Below the pieces are notes generated by a model. The model made no database searches and was not told the origin of the DNA. It saw only the letters and a list, made by a program, of their open reading frames with translations. From the NCBI GenBank assembly GCA_028865235.1, contig CP114563.1, positions 10,914 to 74,913 on the forward strand: a stretch of DNA of 64,000 nucleotides, read 5' to 3'. The DNA comes from Candidatus Manganitrophus sp. Lineage in GTDB: Bacteria > Nitrospirota > Nitrospiria > SBBL01 > Manganitrophaceae. Below are positions 48,996 to 59,646 of this stretch, piece after piece (within the stretch, counting starts at the first letter, position 1; every line of letters starts with the position of its first letter). The position numbers were made by a program, and so were the translations under genes.

Positions 48996-50879
48996 ACGAT
49001 CCCTCTTTTGCAGTCTCTTCGCTGAGGTTTTCCCTTTGCTCTCCTCGCTTGGCCTTTTCCAGGTTGACCGCGGCATTAATCAGCGCCACATGCGTGAAGG
49101 CCTGAGGAAAATTACCCAGTGCTTCTTCGGTGATCGGATCGATCCCTTCGGCATAAAGGCCGAGATCGTTGGCGCAGGTGAGAACCCGCTCGAATTCGGC
49201 TTCGGCTTCATCCAGCCTCCCCATCGAGGTGAGGGCATCGACGAGCCAAAAGGAGCAGGCGAGGAACGCCCCTTCCCGACCGGGGAGGCCGTCGTCCATG
49301 ATATAGCGATATGTAAAGCGCCGGCTCCTCAGCGCTTCCTGAATTTTTCTCAGGGTGGAGACCATTTTCGGGTCATCCGGAGCGATAAACCCTAAGATCG
49401 GGAAGAGGAGCGCCGACGCGTCGAGCGCCGTCTCATCGAAGGCCTGAACGAAACTTCCCAATTTCCGATCATATCCTTTCTCTAAAACGGTACGTCTGAT
49501 CTTCTTCTCTCGCCTCTTTCCATTTCCCGGTGTCGAGATGGAGTTTTCGTTCTTCGACCAGCTTGATCGCCCGATCGAGCGCCACCCAGGACATCTCCTT
49601 CGAATAGACAAAATGTCTCGGCTGATCCCGAAACTCCCAAATTCCATGATCCGGCTCCTTCCAACGAACCAGCACAAAATCGGTGACATGAGAGATGAGG
49701 CAGAGGAGGTCTTCCAGATCCTCCTCGGAGGGAGGGGTATGGTCTCTCCAGTGATGGGTATAAACGCAATTGAGCAGCTCGCCGAAGGTATCGAGCTGAA
49801 GCTGCTTGGCCGCGGCATTTCCGACCCGCACCGGCTGAGACTTCCGGTAGCCTTCTAGATGGGAGAGGCACTGCTCCGGAAGCTCGCTCTCTCCATCGAT
49901 CCGATACATGATCTGGAGCGGCCGATTTTCCGCGCAGCTTTTGACGCAGGTCTTCATCATCATTTTCATAAAGGCGTGCGCTTCTTCCTGGTAGCCGAGT
50001 TCCATCAGCGAATAGAGGATAAGCGCTGAATCGCGCAGCCAGGCGAAGCGATAGTCCCAATTGCGGACCCCGCCGATCGCTTCGGGGAGCGATGTCGTCG
50101 CCGCGGCGACGATCCCCCCGGTCGGCGCAAAGGTGAGGAGCTTCAAGGTCAGAGCGCTCCTCAGAACTGCGCCCTGATGAGGGCCATGATAGCGGCATTT
50201 CTCGGCCCAGGTCTGCCAGTAATCCAACGTTCGGGAAATCCGCCCCTCCATCGCCTGCAAAGAGAAGTCGTTTTCTGCAGCCCCTTCTTCATTCGCTCTC
50301 TGAGGGGTAGGAGAGGAGAAAATAGAGCGCCTCGCCCGCTTTTACCCGAACGATCCGCTCGGCCCGCCCGTTCTCAATCCTCCAGCCGATGGTCTGCGAC
50401 GGGTCCTCAGAGCCGATTGTAAAAAGCGCAGCAATCGGATCGGATCCCTCGACCCAAAGCCCATTTTCCTTTGCAGAGAGGGTCGGCGTCACGCTTGCAA
50501 ATCGGGGCGTCGGCTTGAAGATGACCTCCAGATCGATCTCCCCTTCGACCCCTTCCACTTTCCGTAAGATTTCTTGAGGCTCACATTCATCTGCAGAGAT
50601 CGGCATCAGGTCGGTGAGCGCCACTTTTCCGAAACCGTTTGAGAAGGTGGTCGATAGGATATTGCTTTCTCGAGATAGGCCCGCTCCACCTTGTACCACT
50701 CCGACCGGATGAATCTGAAAGTAGCCGCCGATTTTAAGATCCAAAAGCCGACAGAAAAAAGCAGGGAAGTCGAAAGAGGGAAGACAGGCCCAATCGATCG
50801 AACCACCCGAAGAAACCAGAGCGGCGGTATGTAAATTGCCGATCACGCCATAGTCTGAAATCGCCCGATAATGATCCAT
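48970..50879 (-). CDS. Glycoside hydrolase family 15 (trehalase/glucoamylase-like; frameshifted)
   Basis: DYGVIGNLHTAALV, AATTSLPE..RNWDYRFAWLRD, GIWE, LGNFPQAFTH. Confidence 0.92.
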
Positions 50880-50885
50880 TTTTTC

Positions 50886-52334
50886 TCCTATGCCGCTTTT
50901 CTCCGGCGTTCGGGCTCCTTCTATTTTACGGCCCGGCGTCCATACGACATATGGATCGAAGCTGCCGTAAGCGTCCCGAATTCTTCCCAAAGGCAAGCTT
51001 AAAAGGATTAAAAGGAGGCCTGAGACCGTATCACTCCAATGGATCGCCGGCGATCCACCGCTTAAAAACCAGGTTCCAACAACCAGCCATGCGCCGAGAA
51101 GAAGGTTCAGGTATCGCGCCGACCGACCGACTTCGGCCCAGGCGATCACGGCAAGGGTGATCACCAGCGCGCCGACCAGGCGGTCGCTATCGGCCGACGC
51201 CGATCTTGTGTCAATTCCGAATAGGGCAGGGGCGAACAGCAGCCAGATTCCGATCGCCACAATGAGGATCAGATTCCAGCTGACGGTCACTCCCCACGCC
51301 ATTGCAGACGGCTCCTCAGGCAGGCTGCCGGTCGGGCCCCGGCTTCTCCTCTGCATCGGGGAGCGTTCCGCCGGTCCAGAAGACTTTCCACCACGGCTTG
51401 CCGGCGCGGTGGCTTTTGACTAAAAACTGGATCATCGCCACCACTTCATCGAGCGTAGAGGGCAATCATCACCAGCATCGCCCCGGCTGCCGCCAGGCAG
51501 AGGGTGCACCACTGTCCGATGACCAGTGGCTGCATGATCACCAGCGCAATGCTGACCACACCGAGCGGGATGACGGCAAAGCCGAAGATCGCCACCATCC
51601 AGGGCATCGTCCGCCAACGGCGGGCATCTCCCATCGCTCCCGAGAGGGCCTCAATCAGGTAGACCACCGCGCCCAGACCGGCATCCGAGATTGGCCAGGC
51701 CTTTGACACCTCGGACTTGAGGATGATATCGGTCCCTCTTCCGGAAAAGGGATCCCAGACGGAAGAGATATATCCGAGCTGAAACCCCGCCATATAGCGG
51801 GCCAGAAAGAAACCGAAGAATCCGAGCGCAATGATCGGCGCCCGTTGGACCCAGGTCGATGGATTGTATGACCAGCCGGGCGGGACCCTCCGGCCCCGGC
51901 ATCTCCATGCTCATCGGAATGATGAAGGAAAAGAGGATCAGGAAGGCTCCGATCAGCGTATCGGTCTCATAGGCCGCTACATCTGATGCCCAAAAGATCA
52001 GCGGCGCGAACAAAAGCCAGAGACCGACAAAGGTGTTGCCATAAGAGACCCAAGCATGCCGGGGTGAGATCAGAGCGAAGAGGGCAATCGCGATTGCGAC
52101 CGCCCCGCTGATGATGTCGCTCCAAGTCATGGCCGGGCTCCCATAGCCAAGGGTGACCGGACTGAAGATCAACCAGACACCAAGCAGCATGATGATCGGC
52201 TGAATCCAGGCGTACATGCTCGGATGCTCCAGCATCATCGCCCCGGGGTTTTCGATATAATATTTCTCGTCTTGTTTCATCGAGCCCATCGAATGGCCCA
52301 TCTCTTTCATATGATCCATCTTTCTCATAATCAT
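50886..52334 (-). CDS. SPW-repeat / VKOR-family membrane protein (frameshifted)
   Basis: LGVWLIFSP, GLWLLFAP, SDAGLG, QPLVIGQWCTLC. Confidence 0.8.
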
Positions 52335-52726
52335 CTCCGATCATCTAAACGGGTCAGACGCGGGTAAAAAGACGATTTCATTTTGACCCGCCACGGCCCG
52401 GACATTGTTCCCATCATCATCTGATGCTGGGATTTCATTTGATCGATATGGGCCAGCATTTGATCGGCCTTTGCCTTCGCATCGGGGTCTTTTGCCTGAT
52501 CTTTCATCATCTGGGCCATCTCTTTCATGGTGTCGAGCATCTTGGACATCATTTCGTTTTGATTGGACATCATGGAATCGTCCATCATGCCGCCCATTTC
52601 CTGTTTCTCTGTTTTCTCTTGCGGGAAATGGGGGCCTCTCTTGTTCTGCTCTTGAGATAAAGCGGGGGCAAGCGCAATGCCCGCTAACAGAATGACTAAC
52701 AACGCAAACTGAAATAGCCGTTTCAT
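52331..52726 (-). CDS. Met-rich periplasmic protein
   Basis: Signal peptide, many Met in helical core. Confidence 0.7.
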   Translation of the reverse strand: MKRLFQFALLVILLAGIALAPALSQEQNKRGPHFPQEKTEKQEMGGMMDDSMMSNQNEMMSKMLDTMKEMAQMMKDQAKDPDAKAKADQMLAHIDQMKSQHQMMMGTMSGPWRVKMKSSFYPRLTRLDDRR

Positions 52727-52829
52727 TTTATCCTCCTTTGCTGATTACTTTTAGACTCTTTGAGGAAGTAAGTTCCCACTCCTTAACGCAGTACGATTTA
52801 CGGGATTTCCAAAGTAAAAATGTCTCTGA

Positions 52830-53089
52830 TGAGAGATCATGCCGCCAAGTCCTTTTTTCTCTCCTCATACTCTTTTTGATCGATTTCCCCCTTCGCGTAG
52901 CGTTCTTTCAAAAGCGCGATCGCTCGATCGGTAGACTGCGCTTTCCGAGAGGAAGTATCCTTCCCGTTTTGCCAGCCGAATCGCCCAGATCATTCCTGCG
53001 ATCAGCAGGATGAAGAGGACAACACAGAGCAATCCGATCAATAAAACCGAAAGACACATCGGACACATCATCTCCCCGCCGTTTGGCAT
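52830..53089 (-). CDS. SHOCT-domain membrane protein (frameshifted)
   Basis: MMCPMC, TM, LLKERYAKGEIDQKEYEE in shifted frame. Confidence 0.65.
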
Positions 53090-53099
53090 CGATCCCTCC

Positions 53100-53360
53100 T
53101 TCTTCAGTCACTCCTTGATTGCTCTGCTCTTTTTGAATTCCGAATCTTCTCTCTTCGGCTTAGAAACAGACCGATCTGAATGTTCATGCATCCTGTCGCG
53201 AGCCGACTCTCCTCCTAAGGGTATGACCGGTCATGCCCAAGTAGTACATGGCGAGAGGACAGCCCAGGATGAGTGCAATCAGCAACAACGTGAGCGGCGG
53301 CACCCCCAGCGCCAGAGCGGCGACAGTCGCGGCGACGGCGCCGCCCAGCCAGAGCCATTT
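53100..53360 (-). CDS. DUF2933-like small membrane protein; ends approximate
   Basis: LLLIALILGCPLAMYYLGMTGH. Confidence 0.5.
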
Positions 53361-53396
53361 TTCTTTGTATGGTTATCACCTTATCCTCCATATTAA

Positions 53397-53522
53397 AACG
53401 ATTTTGATTTCCTCCAATTAATAAAATCGTTCTGTACAGCCGATGCCGTGATATTCTTCAAATCAGCGATTTTTATGGAGATGTCAAAAAGGAGCGGATG
53501 AACGGCGAAGAACGATTTTATT
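53397..53522 (-). promoter_or_regulatory. Alternative hairpins (attenuator-like) after the leader ORF
   Basis: 53420-53433 is perfectly complementary to 53509-53522 (14 bp) and nearly so to 53397-53409. Confidence 0.55.
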
Positions 53523-53536
53523 TCGGGAGATTTTGA

Positions 53537-53937
53537 TTAAATCAATAGGGCGTGGTAAAGGATGGAAAGATTCTCGGAAGATTTCCTTTTGGGATAATTT
53601 AAATCATATTGAGGCGAAATCAGGGGAGGGGAGGGGGTTTGATCGACGCAGCAATGAGCGCAATGCCATCCTCCACCAGAACAGCCGGGGAAGCAAGCTG
53701 AGGGCCGGCGTGAAGGGAGCGCTGCTGATCGGAGAGACTGCAATAACTTTTGGCCAGCTCCGGTGAGGAGACCGTCCTGCACGGCAGCACGCAGCAATCC
53801 TCTGCGTCGGGCGCCCAATCGGGCACCATGCAGGCATTGGCCATGGAGAGGGTCAAAAACGAAAGACCTAAAATGATGAACACCAGCCACTTTGCCTTGA
53901 AATTGAAAAATAAAAAAATGCTGCCTATGATCAGCAT
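53537..53937 (-). CDS. Cys-rich leader protein, paralog of 32188-32561 (ends NLSILYHALLI)
   Basis: ACMVPDWAPDAEDCCVLPCRTVSSPELAKSYC. Confidence 0.65.
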
Positions 53938-54091
53938 AGAGTTTTCCGTCGACCGGTGTCAAGGTATCGGTCCTTCCTACACCGGCAAGAGCAAGGTTGG
54001 AACCTGTCTCATGCAGCTGCCCAGAAATGGAAAGTTTTTTTAAACCCAGAAGGGCTCAGGACGGAGAGGTGAGACAGACCCTTTCAGAGGG

Positions 54092-54948
54092 TTAGAACCA
54101 CACCCGCACGCCCGCCACAAAGCGCATTTGGCGAGGGTCGCCCCCGTCCTGCCGCACCAGATCGGCGGTGCCGAAGAAACTTCGGTCGTACGAGATGCCG
54201 ACGTAGGGGGCGAACTTGCGCCGGATTTCATAGCGCAGGCGCAAGCCCACCTCGATGTTGTTCAAGCCTCTGCCGGTCGTGAACCGCTCGACCCGCTGCG
54301 CCGCGGCGTTGGTCTCAACGCGCCCCTGCAGAATCCACCCGCTGGGTTACCAGAAAATCTTTGGTGAACGTGAACCGCGCCGAGACATCGCCTTGATGAC
54401 TGATGAATAGCGCGGACTCGACTTCATAGCGGTAAGGGACAAGTCCTTCTATTCCTACGACTGCGTGTACGCGCGTTACAGTTTGCTCCTCCAAATGTCT
54501 GCGTTTCGGAACGAAGGCCAACCTGAAAGTCGTAATACTTCCTGACGAAGCGCCCGTAGAGCAGTTGGAAGTCTATGTCGTAGTCGGCTTTCAACGCGGT
54601 GTTGCGCTCCCCCTCGCTTTTGAACCAGAGGCGGTTGAAGTCGCCGCCGTGCCAGCCCTCGATGTCCCACCGGAAGTCGCTCTCCAGTCCTCTAGGGCGG
54701 TATTCCAGCACGTCAGCAAGGACGAAGGTGAACTGCTTCATGTCGTCCACCGGACTGGGCCAATCCTGTTGGGGCATCAGGTTGGACGGCGTCCGCTCGC
54801 GTTCGCCCGGTCCATCTTGCGCCGCTGAAGCAGCAGGCGCATCTCGCCGCGGAGCGGAAGAGGCCGGCGCAGTTTGCGCGAAGGCAGTCGGCGTGCCCAT
54901 CAAACAGATGAGAGCGGTCAGCAGGAGAAATTGCAGAGAAGTTTTCAT
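54092..54948 (-). CDS. copB: Copper resistance protein B (frameshifted)
   Basis: WHGGDFNRLWFKSEGE, GLRLRYEI, C-terminal VRVWF. Confidence 0.9.
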
Positions 54949-56876
54949 GACCGCACCTCCGGCTTTGCTGAGACCTCGACGACGCGAAACATTCCCGCTT
55001 CCATATGCAGGAGCAGGTGGCAGTGAAACGCCCAGCGGCCGGGCTCGTCGGCGGTGATCAGCCGCAGAGACCGCTCGGCGGGCTTGACGCTCACCGTGTG
55101 CTTGCGCGGCCGGTACTCGCCCGCGCCGTTGTCCACCTCGAAGAACATGCCGTGCAGGTGGATGGGGTGCTCCATCATGGTGTCGTTGACCAACGTCAAG
55201 CGCAGGCGCTCGCCGTGGTGGAACAGGATCGGCCCGTGGACCTCGGAGAACTTCTTGCCGTCGAAGGACCACATGTAGCGCTCCATGTGGCCGGTGAGGT
55301 GCAGTTCGATGTCCCGCGCCGGCTGGCGCCGGTCGCGGGTCGGGGTGCAGGCTCAGCAGGTCGGCGTAGACCAGCACGCGGTGCTCGTCGTCGGCCAGGC
55401 CGGTGCCGGGCTCCGCCAGGCGGTTGCGCGCGACATCCGCGACCGCCTGGTTGCCGACGCCGTGTGTGTCGGGGTCGTGCATGACCGGCCGGTGCTGCCG
55501 GGGATCGCTGAGCGACGCTGATCTTCCATCGGCATCCCCGGCATGTCCATACTCGGCATGGCGTGCTCCCCTCGCGTGTCGGGCATGCCTTCCATTCCCT
55601 CGGCGTGCTCCATCCCTTCCATCTCGGCGCCGTGCTGCATCTGCGCCATCGCCTCGTCGCCGGATGGTTTCATGCCTGGCATCTCCATGTGCCGTGGTCC
55701 ATGCCTGGCATCTTCATCTCGCCGTGCCTCCATGCCTGCCATGATCCATGCCCATGTCGTCCATCGTGCGCAGCGGGCGGGGGCAGCGGGCCGGCACGGC
55801 GGCGGTCATGCCGGGCCGCGGGGCCAGCGTGCCGCGCGCATAGCCGCTGCGGTCCATGGACTCGGCGAACACCGTGTAGGCGCGGTCTTCCTGCGGGGCG
55901 ACGATCACGTCGTAGGTCTCGGCCACGGCGATCTGCAGTTCGTCCACCTCGACCGGCTGCACGTCCTGGCCGTCGGCCTGCACCACGGTCATCGGCAGGC
56001 CGGGGATGCGCAGGTTGAAGATAGTCATGGCCGAGCCGCATTGATGAAGCGCAGCCGCACCCGCTCGCCGGGGCGAAACAGGCCGGTCCAGTTGCCGGCG
56101 GGGGAGCAGGCCGTTCATCAGATAGGTGTAGGTGTAGCCGGTCACGTCGGCGATGTCGGTCGGGTTCATGCGCATCCGCGCCCACATCCGATAGTCCTCC
56201 CATGTCGCGCGCCAGCCATTTTTCTTCGCGTCGGAGAGGAACTCGCCCAGCGTCCGCTGCTGGAAATTGAAGTAGCCCGCCTGCTTCTTGAGCTTGCCCA
56301 TCATTGCCATCGGGTCCTCGAAGGTCCAGTCCGAGAGCACCACCACGTACTCGCGGTCGCAGGGGACCGGATCGGGCTCGGCCGGATCGATGATCAGCGG
56401 CGCGTAGACCCCGCGCTGCTCCTGCATGCCGCTGAATGACTGTGATACCAGTAGGTGCCGTGCTGGCGGATGGGGAAGCGGTAGGTGAAGGTCGTCCCCG
56501 GACGGATGCCGGCGAAGCTCACGCCGGGCACGCCGTCCATGCCGGCCGGCAGCAGGATGCCGTGCCAGTGAATCGACGCGATCTCTTTCAAACGGTTCGT
56601 GACGTTCAGGGTGACCTCCTCGCCTTCGCGCAAACGAATCAACGGCCCCGGCACCGTGCCGTTGATCGTCTGCGCCGTCGCGGTGCGATTGCCGATGCGA
56701 AACGGGGTCTCGGCGATGGTCAGGTCGATGACCTTTCCGCTCAGTTGCGCAGGTTCGATGGTTTTCGTCGCGCTTGCCCAAGCATAGGCGGGGGCGAGAC
56801 GTTCCAGGACCGCCAACATTCCCAGCGCCCCGGCGCGCTTCAACAGTTGACGCCGGGAGATAGGATCGCTCTTCAT
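54945..56876 (-). CDS. copA: CopA/PcoA multicopper oxidase, Tat-exported (frameshifted)
   Basis: SRRQLLK, IHWHG, YWYHSH, Met-rich linker, HPIHLHG, WAFHCHLLLHM. Confidence 0.95.
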
Positions 56877-56959
56877 TTTGTTCCTCCTTGTGTTTACCTA
56901 CTCGACGAGCGAAGAAACACCCGCCATTCATGTTTCCAGACGCTTTCTTTACAGAATTA

Positions 56960-57438
56960 ACATGACGCCTCCTGATCGGATTGAACTTTTGTTCTTTTGC
57001 TTCATCATTTTTTGGGGGCGCCTTCTGTTGGGGTTCGAAAGTTCCATCCTCTGATTCTATGGAAGATAAAGACAAGGGTTCTTGCCGATCTAGAGAGGAT
57101 GCATCCGAGTTTGCCGTGGGGTCGTAAACGGATCGATCCGGCTCATTTGTTCCGGTCTGTGTGAGAGATGACATTGCCTTCGAGCAGTCAGCCGGAACCC
57201 CACCCGGAGATTGGTCGGAGGATTCGGGGGAAGAAGACTGCATAGCCGCTTTTGGTTCTTCACTTTTTGTTTGAGGTTCCCTGTTATCCGGTTCGACAAC
57301 ACTGGCGGGGGTCTGCGGATTTTTTCCTTCCTCTGAAGGCTTACCCATCTGCAGGATCTTCGGACCGAAGAGCACAAGAATCACCAGAACGATCGTCGTC
57401 ACCAGTCCGCTATGAAGTCCACCGGTATATCGTTGCAT
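56960..57438 (-). CDS. Hypothetical membrane-anchored low-complexity protein
   Basis: N-terminal TM then Ser/Glu/Pro-rich stretch; end uncertain. Confidence 0.4.
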
Positions 57439-57516
57439 TTCCTCACCCCCTCATCCTCAAAAGCTTTTCATACAATAGACTATCTGTTAAAGAAAACGTC
57501 AGGGTCGCCTTGTTCT

Positions 57517-58068
57517 TCAGATCGGTTTTCCGCCGTCCGATCGATGTTCATTGCCATGATCCTCCCCCGATTCTTGAAAGGCCGCTTTGATCACGGCAGG
57601 GTTCACCCCGGTTCCGAATTCAAAGACGAGCCGGCCACCCCGATCTGCTCCCAGCGCTACCAGTGCCGACAAGACCACCAACCCCAGCAGGAATCCCCAA
57701 CGATGGGAGGCCCATTTCCCTTTTTTATTGATCCAGATGAGATAGCCCGTGAGAAGGACGCCTAAGGCGGTGGTCGCCACCATCCAATTTCGGTGAATGT
57801 GGATGAAATCGTGGCCGGGGGCGTTGTGGCCGCGCGGGTCGGTCGCCGCAACCAGGTTGGCGGCGATGAATCCGGTCGGAAGGGCCACCAACCCCGAAAG
57901 GGTTCCTAAGTAGAGCATCCAGGTCGCGACGAGGTGAAATTTTTCATCGCGCAAGACGGCCAACCCTTCCATCGCCAGCGCTCCCAAAAAGAAGGCGATT
58001 GGAAAATGAATCAGCAAAGGATGGATGTTATTTTGAAGGGCCGCCATCCCGGGAAACATTGTCTCCAT
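57517..58068 (-). CDS. DUF2231-family membrane protein
   Basis: IHPLLIHFPIA, TGF, HRNW, GGRLVFEFG. Confidence 0.85.
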   Translation of the reverse strand: METMFPGMAALQNNIHPLLIHFPIAFFLGALAMEGLAVLRDEKFHLVATWMLYLGTLSGLVALPTGFIAANLVAATDPRGHNAPGHDFIHIHRNWMVATTALGVLLTGYLIWINKKGKWASHRWGFLLGLVVLSALVALGADRGGRLVFEFGTGVNPAVIKAAFQESGEDHGNEHRSDGGKPI

Positions 58069-58169
58069 TTTATTCCTCCTCTTTTTCTCATTGGGTGCAA
58101 AGACGAACGATCATGGCAGGAGGGGTTCCCCTCCTGCGTGTTATTGAACATCTGTTCCCTTCTCTCACC

Positions 58170-58490
58170 TCGGCATATGCGGCGGCCTGCGAAGGAGATA
58201 ACAGACCGTCGCATACCCCCCGAGACGACTAAAATTTCTTCATTCTGCCTTGCCTTGAGCACCGGCTATTGGTTGCAAGAAGCCGCGCAACGGCGGCAGG
58301 CCTCTGCACAAACCGCGCAGGTCTGCCCATGCAAGACGGAGTGACGGTGGCTGCCGTCTGACAAATCTCAGCACAATCGAGCAGCAAGCGAATATGCTCC
58401 GGCGTTGCATCGTTGTATGTGGCATCTCTTCCTAGTTATGTGGGTATGGACTCTTTTATTATATTACGTCCCTGAATGGTCCATATTTTC
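58170..58490 (-). pseudogene. Four-helix copper-storage (Csp/DUF326)-like gene, disrupted; ends approximate
   Basis: HIRLLLDCAEICQTAA, CAVCAEACRRCAASC, CRRICR fragments. Confidence 0.6.
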
Positions 58491-58718
58491 ATGGGCTATC
58501 TTCTGTTTATCACCCTTTTTCTTCATTTCACCACGAGGTTTCGATAATCGGCCTATCCGAAAACAGGGATCGTGGCGCCTAAAACGAATGCAACTATGGA
58601 CAAGAGAAAGAACATCTCCTCCTCCCCAAAAGAATTTATGGAGTCGTTGAGAAAGCGCTGCCCGCATCGGCGTAGAACATTCCACGGGCATCACACTCCC
58701 AAGTTTGGAAGAGAGAAT

Positions 58719-59114
58719 TTAAATACGGTAGACGGAGTAGAGCTGGTAATATTCGGTTAGCAATTTTGGAAGGGCATGCCTTTCAAATAGATGCTTTTGG
58801 AACCGATCCATCCGAATCGACTCGATAGCGGTCTCCGCTACGAGTGAAAGGCCTACTGGAGAAACAGAATCACAGAGGATCCGATCTGATTTCAGATTGC
58901 TCTCAGTGAGAGGGACGGAGCCGGAACAAGAATGTTCCGTTCCTTTGGAGGCATGATGGGTATCGTCGATGCCATGGTGGCCGTGGTCGGCGTGTGACAC
59001 GTCTGATGCCTGGGAAGGTAAAGAAGGATTGTTCCAGGGACAAATTCCCCAGACCCAAAACCAGACAACAAGCAAGACAGGAATAATATATCTGTTCGAC
59101 GAGAACGCCATCAT
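58719..59114 (-). CDS. His/Cys-rich leader-type protein heading the cop cluster
   Basis: TM, CPW, HADHGHHG, HSCS, ends YYQLYSVYRI. Confidence 0.6.
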   Translation of the reverse strand: MMAFSSNRYIIPVLLVVWFWVWGICPWNNPSLPSQASDVSHADHGHHGIDDTHHASKGTEHSCSGSVPLTESNLKSDRILCDSVSPVGLSLVAETAIESIRMDRFQKHLFERHALPKLLTEYYQLYSVYRI

Positions 59115-59349
59115 TTACCTCAGCTAAAGGGAGTTTATTTCTTTCACTCAATGGCTGTCAAGAGGAAGGGCGGCTTTTGACCACTCGTTATTTTGGCTGA
59201 CCGACGATTCTTTTTGGGCATTCCCGGTTTATGTAGTAGTGGATATGCGGATTTGCCGCCCTCGCTCCTGGCCGGCATTCTTCCGAATGCCGGCCAGGAG
59301 CCGTTCGCTGTCATGCGCCGCAGCAGGATCGAGCGGCAACCCGGCTGCT

Positions 59350-59586
59350 TAGAGAATTCTCTCGGGGTCCTGGCTGTACCGACACGGCAGGATAATCCGC
59401 CTCGGTGAGGACCTCCTGCAAACGCTCAACCGTAATGCGTGTGTCGGCATAGTCGACCTCCGCCTGCTTCGACGGAATATCGACGGTGACCTTTCGTACT
59501 CCGTCCAGAGGTTGGAGCGCTTTGATGATCGTCCGCTCGCAATGTCCGCAGGAGATACCTGGAATATTGAAGGTTACTTTTGCCAT
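59350..59586 (-). CDS. copZ: CopZ-type copper chaperone
   Basis: IPGISCGHC HMA fold; 3' end blurred. Confidence 0.88.
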
Positions 59587-59646
59587 GTTGTTTCTCCTTT
59601 CGTTTTTAATTGACACGGGCCCCATTGCCCGACGTCTGTCTCTTTT

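Noticed and set aside
50289-51356. Apparent fusion ORFs (SPW-GH15 here; also merR-ATPase 42045-44789 and 55714-57438)
   Set aside because: Frameshift read-through; each downstream gene has its own RBS and ATG.
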